Shown: positions 1-13,228 of the stretch, one piece after another | Layout of the letters: each line of letters starts with the position of its first letter | How positions within the stretch are numbered: position 1 is the first letter of the stretch | NCBI GenBank assembly: GCA_025603075.1 | Contig: MU626296.1 | Span: forward strand, 62,001-126,000 | Direction of reading: 5' to 3' | From: Neoconidiobolus thromboides FSU 785 | Taxonomy: Eukaryota; Fungi; Entomophthoromycota | DNA: 64,000 bases | Translations under genes and position numbers: made by a program | Notes under the pieces: generated by a model | What the model saw: the letters and a program-made list of their open reading frames with translations, nothing else | Database searches by the model: none | Told to the model about the DNA's origin: nothing

Positions 1-776
1 TTTTAAAACGAAAACAATATGTTGAAGAATATAAAAAGCTGATTGGACGCAAATTTATTTATATTGATGAGGCTTACTTTAATCGCTTTGCAACCAACCA
101 AAGTGAGTATGTTGTATTTAAAGGACAAAATTTTATTTTGACGCCAGAATCTACTCCTAAAAGCATTAATTATATCGTGGCTATATCAGAATCTGGGGTT
201 GAAAGTTATAAAATTATTGAAAAAATGAAAACTATTAATACTAATCAAGAAGATTTTGAAGAATTTATGAATGAATTATATTTAAAGAATGAAAATCAAC
301 AGATTGTTTATGTATTTAATGAGGCAAATAATAACCTTATTTCGGACACATTAAAACAATCCATTATATCCTCAAATTCATTTGTATTAACTGTACCTAA
401 ATACTCTTCATTCTTAAACCCAATTGATTTATATTTTAATATTTTAAAAGCTGGAGTAAATAAATTACCACATAGTGGTAATTCAGATGTTATTAAAAAT
501 ATATTAAAAGTTCAATTTATAATTGGGGGTACTGAGCATTGTGGTAATTATTTTAAACATGTAAGTGAATATATTCCTTTATGTGAAAAGGGTTCTATGT
601 TTAAAGGGGAAATTTTCAAACCAGAAGTTTTGTCACCAGAAGAAGTGGCGGAAATATCAGTGGGAAATACAAGGGAAAAATCAATTGGAGATATAGCAGG
701 AGGATCAGTTGAGAATACAATTGAAGGATCAATTGAGGATGTAGCAAGAGGATTAGATGAAAATTTAGTTGAATAG
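1..776 (+). mobile_element. Tc1/mariner-IS630 (DDE_3) transposase-derived ORF, 5' end outside window, catalytic triad degenerate
   Basis: Frame is open from base 3. KFIYIDEAYFN matches the first-Asp motif, VYVFNEANNN sits where VMDNAxxH is expected, PKYSSFLNPIDLYFNILK matches PPYSPxLNPIExxW, and HCGNYFKHVSEYIPLC resembles the C-terminal helix of zygomycete Tc1-like transposases. No terminal inverted repeat is seen downstream. Confidence 0.75.
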
Positions 777-1236
777 TTAATGAAAAATTAGTATATATAT
801 ATAAAAACAAACGATGTTAAACATATTATTTTGATTCTAATAATAAATATGCTTAATCAATTATAAACTTCGGCTTTTTTACTTTAATTTCATTTAGTCT
901 TTTAACTTATTATTGACAATTAGTTACTAAAGTTTAAATGTATGATTTAAAAAATGATACTTTAAATAGAATAAATAACAAGACAAATAAAACAAAGAAT
1001 AAAATGGAATATTTGATTAGCATCTAAATACAATTCATAATAAAATAGTAACTATCGCTTCAACTCCATTTATAATATCAAATATAGAAGGACACATTAT
1101 GATTAATATTTTTTATTGAAAGAAAAGGTGTAATAATAATGTTATAAAAGATAAAATTTTAAACCATAATAAAATGATTACTTTTTAACATAAAAAGAAA
1201 AATAAATTCAAATAGATCAACGTTGACCTGTATTCC

Positions 1237-4200
1237 TTATTGAATAGCTTTACCACCAAGGATCTTAGCTAACATAGCATGTACTTGAGCTCCAACCAAT
1301 TCATTAGTGGATCGAATAGTAGCTCTAAACATCTAGAAAAACAATAAAATAAAATGAGTATATACAAAACAAACAACTTACTTGCTGATCCAAATTCGGC
1401 TCCACCCTAAATAAGCAACCAAATTTACCTTCATTACCGCAATAAGCTACCCCAGCTGCTACGATATTATTTGGATTTGGATCCAAACCATCCAAGATAT
1501 CAATATTTAATCCAAGTAGTACTTTTTTAACCTTACTAATATCAATATTAACACCTGATCTAAAAACTGCTTGGGTCTCCCTTGGAGCACCTCCAATTTG
1601 TTTCCATCGTGGGAAAAAATCTTGTGGTTGAATTTTAGCTGGTCCTAAAAAGCTTAACATTACAGCTGGTAGTTTAAATAATATAGATTGTGCTCCATTA
1701 GTAATATAAGTAAGTCTAAGATGAGGCACTTCAGTAATTGGAGCAATACAATCTACTTTAAAAATTTGATGTAGCTGGGATTTGGGTGGAATTTGAGATG
1801 GAATAGATTGAATAACACTAATTGTAAGTCCAGGTACTCCTCCTTTTTTAGCTGGCACAAATTTTAAACTGGATAATTGGACACCTAATTTATTACCAAC
1901 ATATAATGAAATCTTTCCAGAATTACCACTATATTCACTTTTAAAACCCAATTGTAATTGATCATCTTCAAACAAAATGCCACTCCTAGTAAATAAAGCA
2001 CGTTCAAAGTAAGTTTCTGTGTTAGCATGAACTTTTGCAGAAGGTGAATTAGTTGAACCAGTTTCATTAATACCAAGTAAATCTGAGTCCATACTTTTAC
2101 TCTTTTCTTTTTTATCCTTTTCCATAATACTCCATGTTCTTTTGTCTTCTGTATCCGCGTTCTTTTTATATAAACAATTAACTAATGCTGATTCTCTTTC
2201 TGGGAAAGGTGGCATTTCCTCGCAAATTGTTTGTAAAATATCATCATTTGGCATATTAACTACAGTAAAATATTCACATGCTCTTTGTTGCAATTCAGAA
2301 TCTAAAATATGACGATATTGATTTAAAACGGAACTAACTTGCGGTTTAATTTCTGGAAATAAATTGACTAATTTTATATATGTAGTTAAAAGTAAGGCAC
2401 GAGTAGGCAAACTACACATACTAAATTTAGCATGTAAAGTAGTAAATTGTTCAATGGGTGTACATTGTGGTAGATTAACAATTAAATGACCAAATTCACC
2501 TAATATATACCCACCCACTTTAACCGCTGTTTCATGATAAGCTGAATTACGTAAACTAGCTAATACTGTTTTAGCCGCGTATTCTTGTAAATCTTCATTA
2601 TTAGTGACAATTTGTACTACACGGTACCAGACTTCTTCAGAAACATAATCACCAGCAGCAGCAATTAATTGTAATATAGTATCTACATACCAAGAATATT
2701 CTGTAGCAAATTTTTCAGTTAAAATAGCAATTTTCAGTACCATTTCTTCTCTAATATTATAATCAGCTGTTGATAATACTCTTAACAACTCAGCTACAAT
2801 TACTTTAGCATTGGTAACATCACACATGGAATATAATAAATCTAAAGCTCGACGACGTACACTAATATCTTTATCTTTTAATGAGGAGATAACTATATCT
2901 TGGTGTTCTTTAATTGCGTCTAAGGATTTTGTATAGGCAGCTAAATGAGCCATTGCTTCAAGTGAAAGATATCGAACATTGGTTTCTCGAGAAGAAATAA
3001 ATCTACCAAGTAAAACAGTGGATTCAGCTACTAATGTAGAATCGCTATCTAAATGAATGGATAATGAAATAGCTTCAAAAAGGACTGCATTTTGAGCATT
3101 AGTATGTTGTACATTTTTACTTTGATCTTGGGAAGAGGAAATAATGGCATGTAACACATTGTTTAGTTTTTGTAGCAAATGACGATCAACTTTAATATAG
3201 AAAAAAACAATTAGTTATTACTAACAATAATACATAATACATAATTTTACCTGGAGGTGGATAATACTGTAAAAATTTCAAAATTTTAACTTGAAGCCAA
3301 GGGATTGGTACTTTATAATAGACATAGTCATTGGAATATTCTTTTTCTACAATGATCTAATAAATTAACGAATTATCAATTTTATTATTCAAAAATAGTT
3401 TATTAAATCTTACCTTATAAAGTCGGTTAATAAGAATTGGAATTGCATTTTTAAAATCCGCTTGATAAGTTTGAGCTAATGCAAGTACAAGACTAGTAGT
3501 ACAAAGAACAACACCCTAAAATAAAAATATTATTTAAAATTATTTAAAAAATCAGCAAAAAATAAAACTAACTAAATCATGGTCATCAAGTAAATTAACA
3601 AAAGAAGAAGCCCAATCTCTAGCAGGAATAACATCAGGATGTTTTCTATAAAGACGAAGTAAAGTTAGGGCTGCTTTCTTTTTAACAAAATTTCGGTGAT
3701 TTCTATAAATGTTTCAATTTTTTAGTATAAAGACTTGAAATAAATAATAGTAAAAAAATTTACCCAAGTAATAATCGATGAACATCAGAAGCCAAAACTT
3801 CAGACATTTGTCTACCACCGATATTAGCAATAGCATGTAATGCTAAACAATTAAATATTTCATTGTAATCTTCCAAATCTCTTTTTAAATTATTAATAAC
3901 CATCCGAATTAAATCTGAATTTTCATTTAGCATTAAAGTAATAGCTAAATAACCCTTTTGTAATAAAATTATTAGTTAGTTATCATTTATTAAAAATATA
4001 AAGAAAAGAGTAGAATCAAAAACTTACAATTTGTTTTTCACTATATTTATTAGAAGATATTAATTGTACTGCTTCAGCATGTCCAAAATCAATATCCCAA
4101 CCTAATATATACATGTATAATAATTTGCATACATATTTCTTTTTATGATAACCACTTAAACCAGCATCTGTGTTTTTAATTTAGTAAAAGTATTATATGT

Positions 4201-4405
4201 AATTCGTATTTGTTTTTTACCTTTAAATTTAGTACGTATATTAGCCATCTCTTTATTAATCCTCTTATCTTCAGCCTCACGCACACGACCTTTATTTAAA
4301 GTATTATTATATATCAAATATATATATAATGACATTTGTATTAATAAATTACTACTTACATTTTCTCAAGTCAGCAATAAACACAGTCAATCCTCGCATC
4401 GACAT
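1237..4405 (-). CDS. APL3: AP-2 adaptor complex alpha subunit (alpha-adaptin), multi-exon
   Basis: Starts [15 protein letters not shown] (ATG 4405). The 617-aa ORF has [52 protein letters not shown] and the ear domain. The last exon [11 protein letters not shown]...AIQ ends at TAA 1237-1239. Confidence 0.95.
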
Positions 4406-4879
4406 TTTTTAAAATATCACTTAAAAGATTAAATTGAGTTCAACTCGGTTGAATCAAGTAAATTTTTTTGAGAGTGGTTAACCAATAAGATTAAGCTTTG
4501 CTAATGGGTTACACAGAACATTTGTAATACTAAAAGTTGGGTTATTGGTGGCTTAAATTTTTGATAAAAATTTCAAGTGTTTGTAGTGAAAACAAAAGTA
4601 TATTGAAACAAAAAGGAAAATTAATATTATATTATATTTTAATCTGTGTTATTGTTTATTGTACATATATTATTAAAATTTTAATAAATGATTTTATTCA
4701 ATCTTTTTAGTTTTTTAGAATTTCATTAGAATCTTGGAAGTTAAAAAGTTTCAAAGTTTTAGAATTAAGATAAATTACTAAATTTAGTCAACTTTATTGA
4801 AAAGAATCAAATATCCATCATTATCAAATTAACTTTTTCTAATCAAAAAATTGCAATCTTCATCTTACCAACTCCATTT

Positions 4880-7800
4880 ATGAAAACGTCACATAAAACG
4901 AGTTCGATAAATGCACCAAGTAAACTCAAGATATTGGTAGTACCTGTGGGTAGCATTCAACGGTCTAAATTTTTTAATTATTTCAATTTACTACAAAATT
5001 ATTCCACAGTATCATGTTCTGAATTAATTAAAAGTAGTCCAATGATTCAATCTAGATTAGAAAAAAAACTATATTTAGAAGGAAAAATCCATATTGAGTT
5101 TATTTTAGAATATAACCCAAATCATCAACTATTTGAAGATATTCAAACTTTTAGGAAAATTTTTGGTGTAAGTATATTAGTTGGAAGATGAAGTTAAGAT
5201 TAAGTTAATGATTGAATAGGTTATTGGTATTATGGATAGCCAACAAAATGAACGTAAATTTGAATCTTATTGTCAATTTTTAGATTATACGAAAAAAGTA
5301 TTTTTATTTTATTTTTAAACTTAGTTTATCAGCTCATTTAAATTTTATCATTTAAAATTCTTTAGTTTCCTACTGCTATATCCAATTTATGTTATTCTTT
5401 TCAAACTCCTGATAATAGTCAACCAATTGAAGGAGTTATCAATGTACCTATGGAAGTGGATATGGAATTTTATATCAAATTATCATTATATGATTTTTTA
5501 TCTAAAATTATTGATTTTTGTTGTGATACGGTAAATTTATTTAAAGCAACACAACTAATTTTCAATATTCAATTAATAACTCTATTTTATATTTTAGGCT
5601 GATAAATTATATAGTAATAATTCAGGCTTTTTATCGCCTCCAACTTCTAGTTTAGAAATGCCTAATAATAACTTTAACCCTGCTTTTAGTCCCCATAAAC
5701 GCTCTATATCTTTTCAAATGGATTTGTCATCAAGAGTATTAGATTTAGCTAACTCAGTAGGATTAGGTAATGATGGCAAAATAAAAAAACAAACTTCTGG
5801 AAGAAATTTAAAAATAATTGCAGATTATTATTTATTATGTGGAAGATATCCAGAAGCTAGTCAAATGTAAGTTGAATTAATGTCTATAAATGACAATAAG
5901 AAATTAATTGTTTTATATTAATTTAGGTATTTAAAAGCCATTGATATAACTAGAAATAATGGAGATAATCTATATTATTTAGGTTGTTTGGAAGGCTATT
6001 ATTGTACATTACTATGTTTATGTTTAATTGACAAAGATTTAATGGTAAATTTAATTAAGAAAAAAAAATAGAATAGAGTAAAATAGAATATTAAACTAAT
6101 AATACCTTCCTCTTTTTAATTTATTAATCAAATAATGTAGAAAACCTCTTCTTATCAAGGTAGTCCTGATGAATTATTAATGACCATAGCAGATAGTTAC
6201 TTTAAAGAAATGATTAAATTATATGAAGAATCACCACATCCCTTATTGTATATTGAAGCTTATTTAAAATTAGCAAAAATATTAACAGTTATGTGGAAGA
6301 TGCAAGATTTTAAATTAGGTATTCAAATGTTAATGGAGGATCAATTTGATCAAGGATATACTGTAAATAGTAATGATAATAATAATGAGGGACAAATACC
6401 AAAAAGAAAAGTTAATAGAGCAGATGTAACTGCTTGGACTATGTGTGCTTGGAATCCAACCATGAATTATTTAAGCTTAGGGGATAAAGTAATAATAATA
6501 CAAGTTTGATAAAAATAAATTTAATTCTAATGTATTTAATAGATTGATGTATTTTCTACAATGGCAGATATCTTTGGAACTTTAGGTTATAAAAGAAAAC
6601 AATCCTTTTTTTTAAGACATGCATTTTTATTAGTATTTCCGTCTTTAGTACAATCGAGTGCACAAAGAGAACAAACTATTTTAAATGAAAATCAAAACAC
6701 AATTAAATTTTCATTAAATCGAATTTGTTTGGGTTATAATATCAATGTTGTTGAGCCAGATAATGAAATTTGTAAAGAAATCGAAATGAGTGAAAATAAT
6801 AATCTAGGTTGGATTGAAATTCAAAAAGATATACTAAAAGAATGTATTGCTATGGAAGAAGCCTTTTCAGGTAAATTATTTATAATTTGTTTTATATAAT
6901 TTAATTTAATTTATATTCAATTTAATTTTAAAAAGATTATCAACAAATGTGTATTTATTTATTACATTATTTGCTATTGTTTTATCCGTATTTAACTAAA
7001 ATTGATCAAGATGAAATTTATAAATCTTTAATGTATAAAATTCAATTTAATGCCATCTTGCCATTTAATTTTAATATTACAAAAGCATTAAAAAACTTTG
7101 TTCAATTTAAAAGAATTATGTAAGTTAATTATATACATATATATTAATCATATATAAAAATTAATTTGGGATAGTAATTAATTAACTGTGATTCTGTTTT
7201 CTAGTAAAGATTCAAGTAAAGAGTTTTCAGAATTAAAAATTAAGAACATCGACAATAATTTGGATGATCGACCTTTTTTCTTTAATTCTACAAGGATAGC
7301 GGTAAAAGAAGAAAAGGTAAGTTTGATTTTATGTAAAATTATAATATTCAATTTATTAAAATAAACTTATTATAGATATTATTAGCTATGAATGAAAAAG
7401 TAGAAATACATTTCGTAATTAACAACCCACTAAGAATTGGATTAGAATTAGAAAATATTAGTTTAATGTAAGTAATAATAATATAGAGAAATTTGTATTA
7501 AATTTAATTATTATATTTATCTAGTACAGAAGGTGTTGATATTACTTATAAATTAGAAAATCATGTATTACCACCTAAATCAAGTTATTTATTACCATTA
7601 ACATTTATACCAACTACTATTGGAAATTTAAAAATATTGGGATTAAAGAGTAAATTATTAGGTTGTAAAGAACAAGAATTTTATTTAAATGATAATAATA
7701 ATAATAATAATAATAATAATCAAAGGTAATTTAATTTAATATTTTAATATATAATATATAATAATCTATTAAATTATTTACTTTGTTTAGTTTATTACAA

Positions 7801-8153
7801 AGTAAGTCAATACATAATATAATTTAAACGGGTTTTATTGAAATATTTTTTAGCAACAAATGTAAATAAAATATCAGAATTTGAAATTATCAATCCACAA
7901 CCTTATATAAAAATAATTGATGCTTCATTATCTCAGCCAATGGTAATGTTATATGAAGGAGAAAGGTAAAAAAATTATAACAATTGTTATATTTATTATA
8001 TTTATTTAATTTGATTTTTATTTAATAGCACTGAATTTACAATAACAATAGAGAATGATAGTGAAATTGATGTTAATTTGATTAATTTTTCATTTGAACA
8101 TTTACAATGCAATATAAATAATTCAATTAAATTTAATAATAAAAATGAGTTAG

Positions 8154-8218
<65 letters not shown>

Positions 8219-9636
8219 TCAAATAAAATTGAATTATTAGAATGTATAAATAAAAATGAGGTTAATTATTTAAAGAGTGGGGAAAGTAAAATATTAAAGT
8301 TAAAAGCATTTGGTAAATTAAATTAGTAAGCTTTATTATTATTCTTATATTATAATTACAATAATTATATTTTAAAATAGTAATCAATCCACATTAATAT
8401 TAAGCTATGGTAATATTAATGTTAAAGAACAAGATAAAGTTAGTAAAACAGTTGTGCGTAAGAAAACATACAAAGTGAATTTTACAGTAATACCCACATT
8501 AATACCATTATCTTTTGATATAATAATAGATTCAGAAGCTTCAATTAATTTATTTCAAAAAGAATATCAACAATATTTAAATAATCAAAATATCATTAAT
8601 GATCGACACAAATATTGTTTATTATGTTTCGAATTTAAAAATAATAATTCTATTTTAGTTAATTTAAATATTAATATCAATATTAATGATGATGAGTTTC
8701 AATTTCAACATTCTCTAAAAGAATCTATTTCAGGATCTGAAATTAAAAGAATTTTAATACCATTTAAAAGATATTTATTACCAAAAGAATTAATAAATAA
8801 TAATCAAATAATAACAAATAATAATAATAATAATAAGATGGAAAGAGAATATCAATTATATAAAAAAGAACTATTGAATAAAATTCAAGTTCAATGGGAA
8901 ATGGTAAGTTTTATTAAATAATAATAACATATTTATTAATTAATATTCTAATCATTAGACAAACGAAAACCGAAATGGACTATTAAATTTAGATTGGATA
9001 AAAATCAATAATAATAATTATAATCAATTAAAATTAAATGATATATTTCTATTTACATCTTTAAAAGTAATGAATTTAAATGAAAATGAAAATTTAATTC
9101 AATTTGATGCATTTAATTATCAATGTAAATTAAATACAATATTGAAATTTAATATACAAATTAAAAATTATAAAGGTAAATCAATTAATTATATACATTA
9201 ATATTATAATATACTAATAAACTATTTTTTATATATTTCTTTATTATATTCTATAGATACAAGTATTAAACCTCAATTAAAATTAATAGCCTATTTAGAC
9301 TTTGTTAATGGAAAAGTGGAAAGTATTAACAATAATAATAATAGCAATAAAGGAATAATAATTGAACCTAAAATAGCACCAATAATAATATTAGGATCAG
9401 ATCAAAAATTAATATCTAAAATTAATTCTAATGAAATATATGAAACCTATTTTGTAATATTACTTAATGGAATTGGAGATATTAATTTAGGGTGTTTAGC
9501 AATTGATTTTTATAATAAAATTAATAATGAACAAATTGGAAAGAATAATGAAATAGATCAAATGAATTTAGAAGAATTAAAGAATCAAAATTTAGTTTTA
9601 GATTTAGCACCTATTAATTTAAAAATTATTAATTAA
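4880..9636 (+). CDS. TRS120: TRAPP II complex subunit Trs120/TRAPPC9, multi-exon
   Basis: LKILVVPVGSI, KKQTSGRNLKIIADYYLLCGRY and ADIFGTLGYKRKQSFFLR motifs; successive + strand ORFs are joined by short GT-AG introns. Confidence 0.85.
7694..7720 (+). repeat. (AAT)9 coding microsatellite, poly-Asn in Trs120
   Basis: Direct read of the sequence. Confidence 0.9.
8156..8218 (+). repeat. (AAT)21 coding microsatellite, poly-Asn in Trs120
   Basis: Direct read; ORF 8078..8326 shows 21 consecutive Asn. Confidence 0.95.
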
Positions 9637-9660
9637 AATATTGAAAGTTAAAAAAAAGAG

Positions 9661-9765
9661 TTTATTTATTTATTTATTTATTTATTTTATTTTATTTATT
9701 TTATTTATTTTATTTATTTTATTTATTTATTTATTTTATTTATTTATTTATTTATTTAATTTTAT
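9661..9765. repeat. (TTTA)n/(TTTTA)n low-complexity tract downstream of TRS120
   Basis: Direct read of the sequence. Confidence 0.85.
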
Positions 9766-10221
9766 TAAAAATGAATTTTAACTTATTTTTTATTATTTAG
9801 AATAATATTCACAATTACTTGAAGTTATTAAATTATTTTTTATTTTAAATTTAATAAAGTATAATAAAATAAATAAAATAGACATAATAAAACAATTTTA
9901 GTTTGAGATAGTTCAATAAACAAGGATTTGATTTTGAAACAATAACGACAATAGCAATTTATTAAATATTATATTAAACTAAATAATAATAATAATAATA
10001 TTCAATTAATAAATTAATAAATTTAATAAATCAATAAAAGAATAATAATGATTTAAATATGACTTAAAAAAATATTTAAGCACCAATTTTTCCACACTTA
10101 AAAACTAAGAAAGACTATTGGTCCACGTCACGAAAAGAAAGTATAAAATTTAAAAATTAATATTTAATTTTAATATTAATCCAACTTTTGCTTTAACTTC
10201 AATATTAATTTTCAGTCCATT

Positions 10222-11745
10222 ATGAGTGATCAAAGTAGCGAATATTCTTATAATGAACATTATAGTGATGAAGAAATGGGTCCGAAACTATGGGGAGGAG
10301 CTTTTTATTGTGGTACACATGATATTGCTGATAAGTTAAATTATACAATTCAAAACGATAAATTTTTATATAAACAAGAAATACAAGTCTCTTTAGCCTA
10401 TTGTGAAGCATTGCATGATATTAACATTTTAACATCTGAAGAACTAATTCAGGTTCAACAAGGTTATTCTACTATTTTAAAAGAATGGGAAGAAAATCAA
10501 TTTATTATTGAAAACACAGATGAAGATATTTATACTGCTAATGAAAGAAGATTAGTTGAATTAATAGGTCCTACTGGTTCTAAAATAGGAACTGGAAAAT
10601 CAAGGGATAGTCATTCAAGTACAGTATTAAGATTATGGTTAAGAGAAGAAATTAAAGAATTAATATTAATGTATAAAAAAACAATATTAAATGTAGTCAA
10701 AAGAGCAGAAGATGATAAAGACTTAGTTATGCCAGGACATACTCATAATCAATTAGCTGAACCTATCCGTTATTCTCATTTGTTATTAAGTTATGGATTT
10801 AAATTTCAACAAGATATTGAAAGAATTGAACAAGTTTTAAAACATATTAATCAATTTCCATTAGGCGGTGGTGGTTACGCAGGTATTAATTATAATATTG
10901 ATTTAAATAAATTAGCAAAACAACTTGAATTTGATGGAATTATAAAAAACTCTATTAATGCAGTAGCTGATCGTACATTTATAATGGAATTTTTATTTTG
11001 GGCTTCAATTACGGGATTAAATTTTTCACAATTATCTGAAGAAATGTTAAAATTAGATTGTTATGGTTATATTCATCCTAATCCAGTTCATGAAACTGGT
11101 TCAAGTTATTATGCTCATCAAAGTCATGCTAATTGTTTAGAAGTTTTAAGAAGTAAAGCAGGTATTATTTTTGGAAAGGTAATAATAGAAACTATTATTT
11201 ATTATATTTTATTAATTCTATTTATCTTATTTTATTTTGTTTTTTAGTTAACTGGATTTATGATGACAAGTAAATCCTTATCTAATGGTCCGAATAAAGA
11301 TTTTAATGAAGCTAATCAATTAATATTTGATACAGTTAATATATTAAAACAATGTATACCAATGGTAGGTCAATTTATAAGATTATTAACTGTAGATAAT
11401 ATTAGTATGAAACAAAAGCTAAATGAAGCTTTATTATGTAATGAAGCTATCAAATATTTGGTATTAAAAGAAGTACCATATCGACAAGCTCATCATATAA
11501 TTGGTAAAATTAAATCCCAAGTACCAATTAAATCTAATTCTTCTATGTTTAAATTACCAATGAAAGTATTAACTCAATTTAGTAATAAATTTGATGAAGA
11601 TTTTCAACAATTACATGAGAAATATGAAGATGCTGTTAATAATTGTAATAATATTGGAGGTACTTCTTTAGATTCTATAAATAAACAAATTGAAGAATTA
11701 AAACAATGGTTAAATATTACAGAAGAAGAGTTTAGTAATAGTTAA
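10222..11745 (+). CDS. Argininosuccinate lyase-like protein (fumarase/aspartase superfamily) with divergent active site; one intron about 11180-11247
   Basis: KLWGG, EDIYTANERRL, PGHTHNQLAEP, EFLFWAS, LRSKAG and PYRQAH align colinearly with ASL/ARG4; the signature GSSxMPQKKNP is replaced by GSSYYAHQSHA. Confidence 0.9.
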
Positions 11746-11782
11746 ATGAGAAGTTAATTACAGATTTAATAAAATTATTTTA

Positions 11783-11820
11783 TATATTATATTATATTAT
11801 ATTATATTATATTATATTAT
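11783..11820. repeat. (ATATT)n microsatellite, about 7 units
   Basis: Direct read of the sequence. Confidence 0.85.
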
Positions 11821-12220
11821 GTCATATTATTGTATTTATTTTTATTTTATTTATTTTATTTTTATTTTTATTATATATTCATTACTATTATTTAATCTGT
11901 TCTATTATTATTCTTTAATATATTAATATTAATATTATCTTTTTTAATATTAATAGCATTGATTATATTATTTATTCTAGCTAAATTAAATTTATTGTAT
12001 TATTAATCATACTGTATCAATTCCAATAATAAATTGAATTCATTTAATTCTTTTTAAAAGTGACGTAAGAATTGGAAAATATAGCTAATTTTTATATAAA
12101 TAGTAAAGTTTAAGGGATACAAATTAAAACATACATGATCATTTGAAGTATCATAATTATTGAAACCTTTATTTTTAAATTCTATTATTTTATCTTTTAC
12201 TTTGATTAAGTTTAAATTTG

Positions 12221-13228
12221 ATGCCACATTCAAATAAATTCAATATCAATAATAATTATAAATTAGCTTATTGTGCTTTATTAACTAAAGAATCATATAC
12301 TCCAGGTGCTCATGCGTTAGTTATCTCCCATTCACAAGTAGCTAGCAAATATCCTTTACTCTTCCTCATCAGTTCTGAGATAACTTTAGAAACTCAAAAG
12401 AAATTAAGATTATCTAATCCCAAAGTGATATTTCAACAAGTAGATTTAATTTATCCCAAAGATAAATCTATTGAATCATGTTATGCCTTCTCACATTTTT
12501 CAGAAGTATGGACTAAATTACAATGTTTTTCGTTAGAACAATATGATTATTTATGTTGTCTAGATTGTGATATGTTATTTTTAAAAAATCTAGATGAATT
12601 CTTAGAATTAGCATCAAATAAGATATTACATCGATCCAAGTTTAACTATAAAAAAGAAGTTCGATTTCCTGAAAATACAACTAATTTAATGGCATGTCAT
12701 GCTTGTGTTTGTAACCCTATGAAAAGAAAAAATTACCCAAAATGGTGGCAACCTATGAACTGTGCTTATAGTAATAGTATGAATGTAGAAAATAGAATTG
12801 ATGTAGAAAATCATTGGAATGAAGTTCAAGTTGATGAATGGAATACATTACTTGAGTTTCCAACTTTAAAAAAAAGTTATTTTAATACAGGTTTATTTAT
12901 CATTAGTCCTAATCTTCAAACTTATCAACATTTATATGAGATTGTAATCAATTTAAATTCTAAGAATTGTATTTATCAATTTCCAGAACAAGATTTATTA
13001 AATTTATTTTTTTATAAGTCTTGGGAAGCATTACCATTGTCTTTGAATTTTTTAAAAACTATTGTTATCTCTCATCCAGAGTTAGTTAATTTAGATAAAG
13101 TTAGAAATTTGCATTTTATTATGGATAAACCTTGGAATTTTGATTTTGAAGATGAGGAAGATTTATTTTTTGAATTAAATATGAAATGGAGAGAGGTGTT
13201 TAATAATGAGAAGAAGTTGATTCAATAA
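12221..13228 (+). CDS. Glycosyltransferase family 8 (glycogenin/galactinol-synthase-like), single exon
   Basis: AYCALLTKESY, WTKLQCFSLEQYD, LDCD (DxD motif), ACHACVCNP, YFNTGLF, FPEQDLLN and HFIMDKPW motifs. Confidence 0.9.
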   Translation: MPHSNKFNINNNYKLAYCALLTKESYTPGAHALVISHSQVASKYPLLFLISSEITLETQKKLRLSNPKVIFQQVDLIYPKDKSIESCYAFSHFSEVWTKLQCFSLEQYDYLCCLDCDMLFLKNLDEFLELASNKILHRSKFNYKKEVRFPENTTNLMACHACVCNPMKRKNYPKWWQPMNCAYSNSMNVENRIDVENHWNEVQVDEWNTLLEFPTLKKSYFNTGLFIISPNLQTYQHLYEIVINLNSKNCIYQFPEQDLLNLFFYKSWEALPLSLNFLKTIVISHPELVNLDKVRNLHFIMDKPWNFDFEDEEDLFFELNMKWREVFNNEKKLIQ

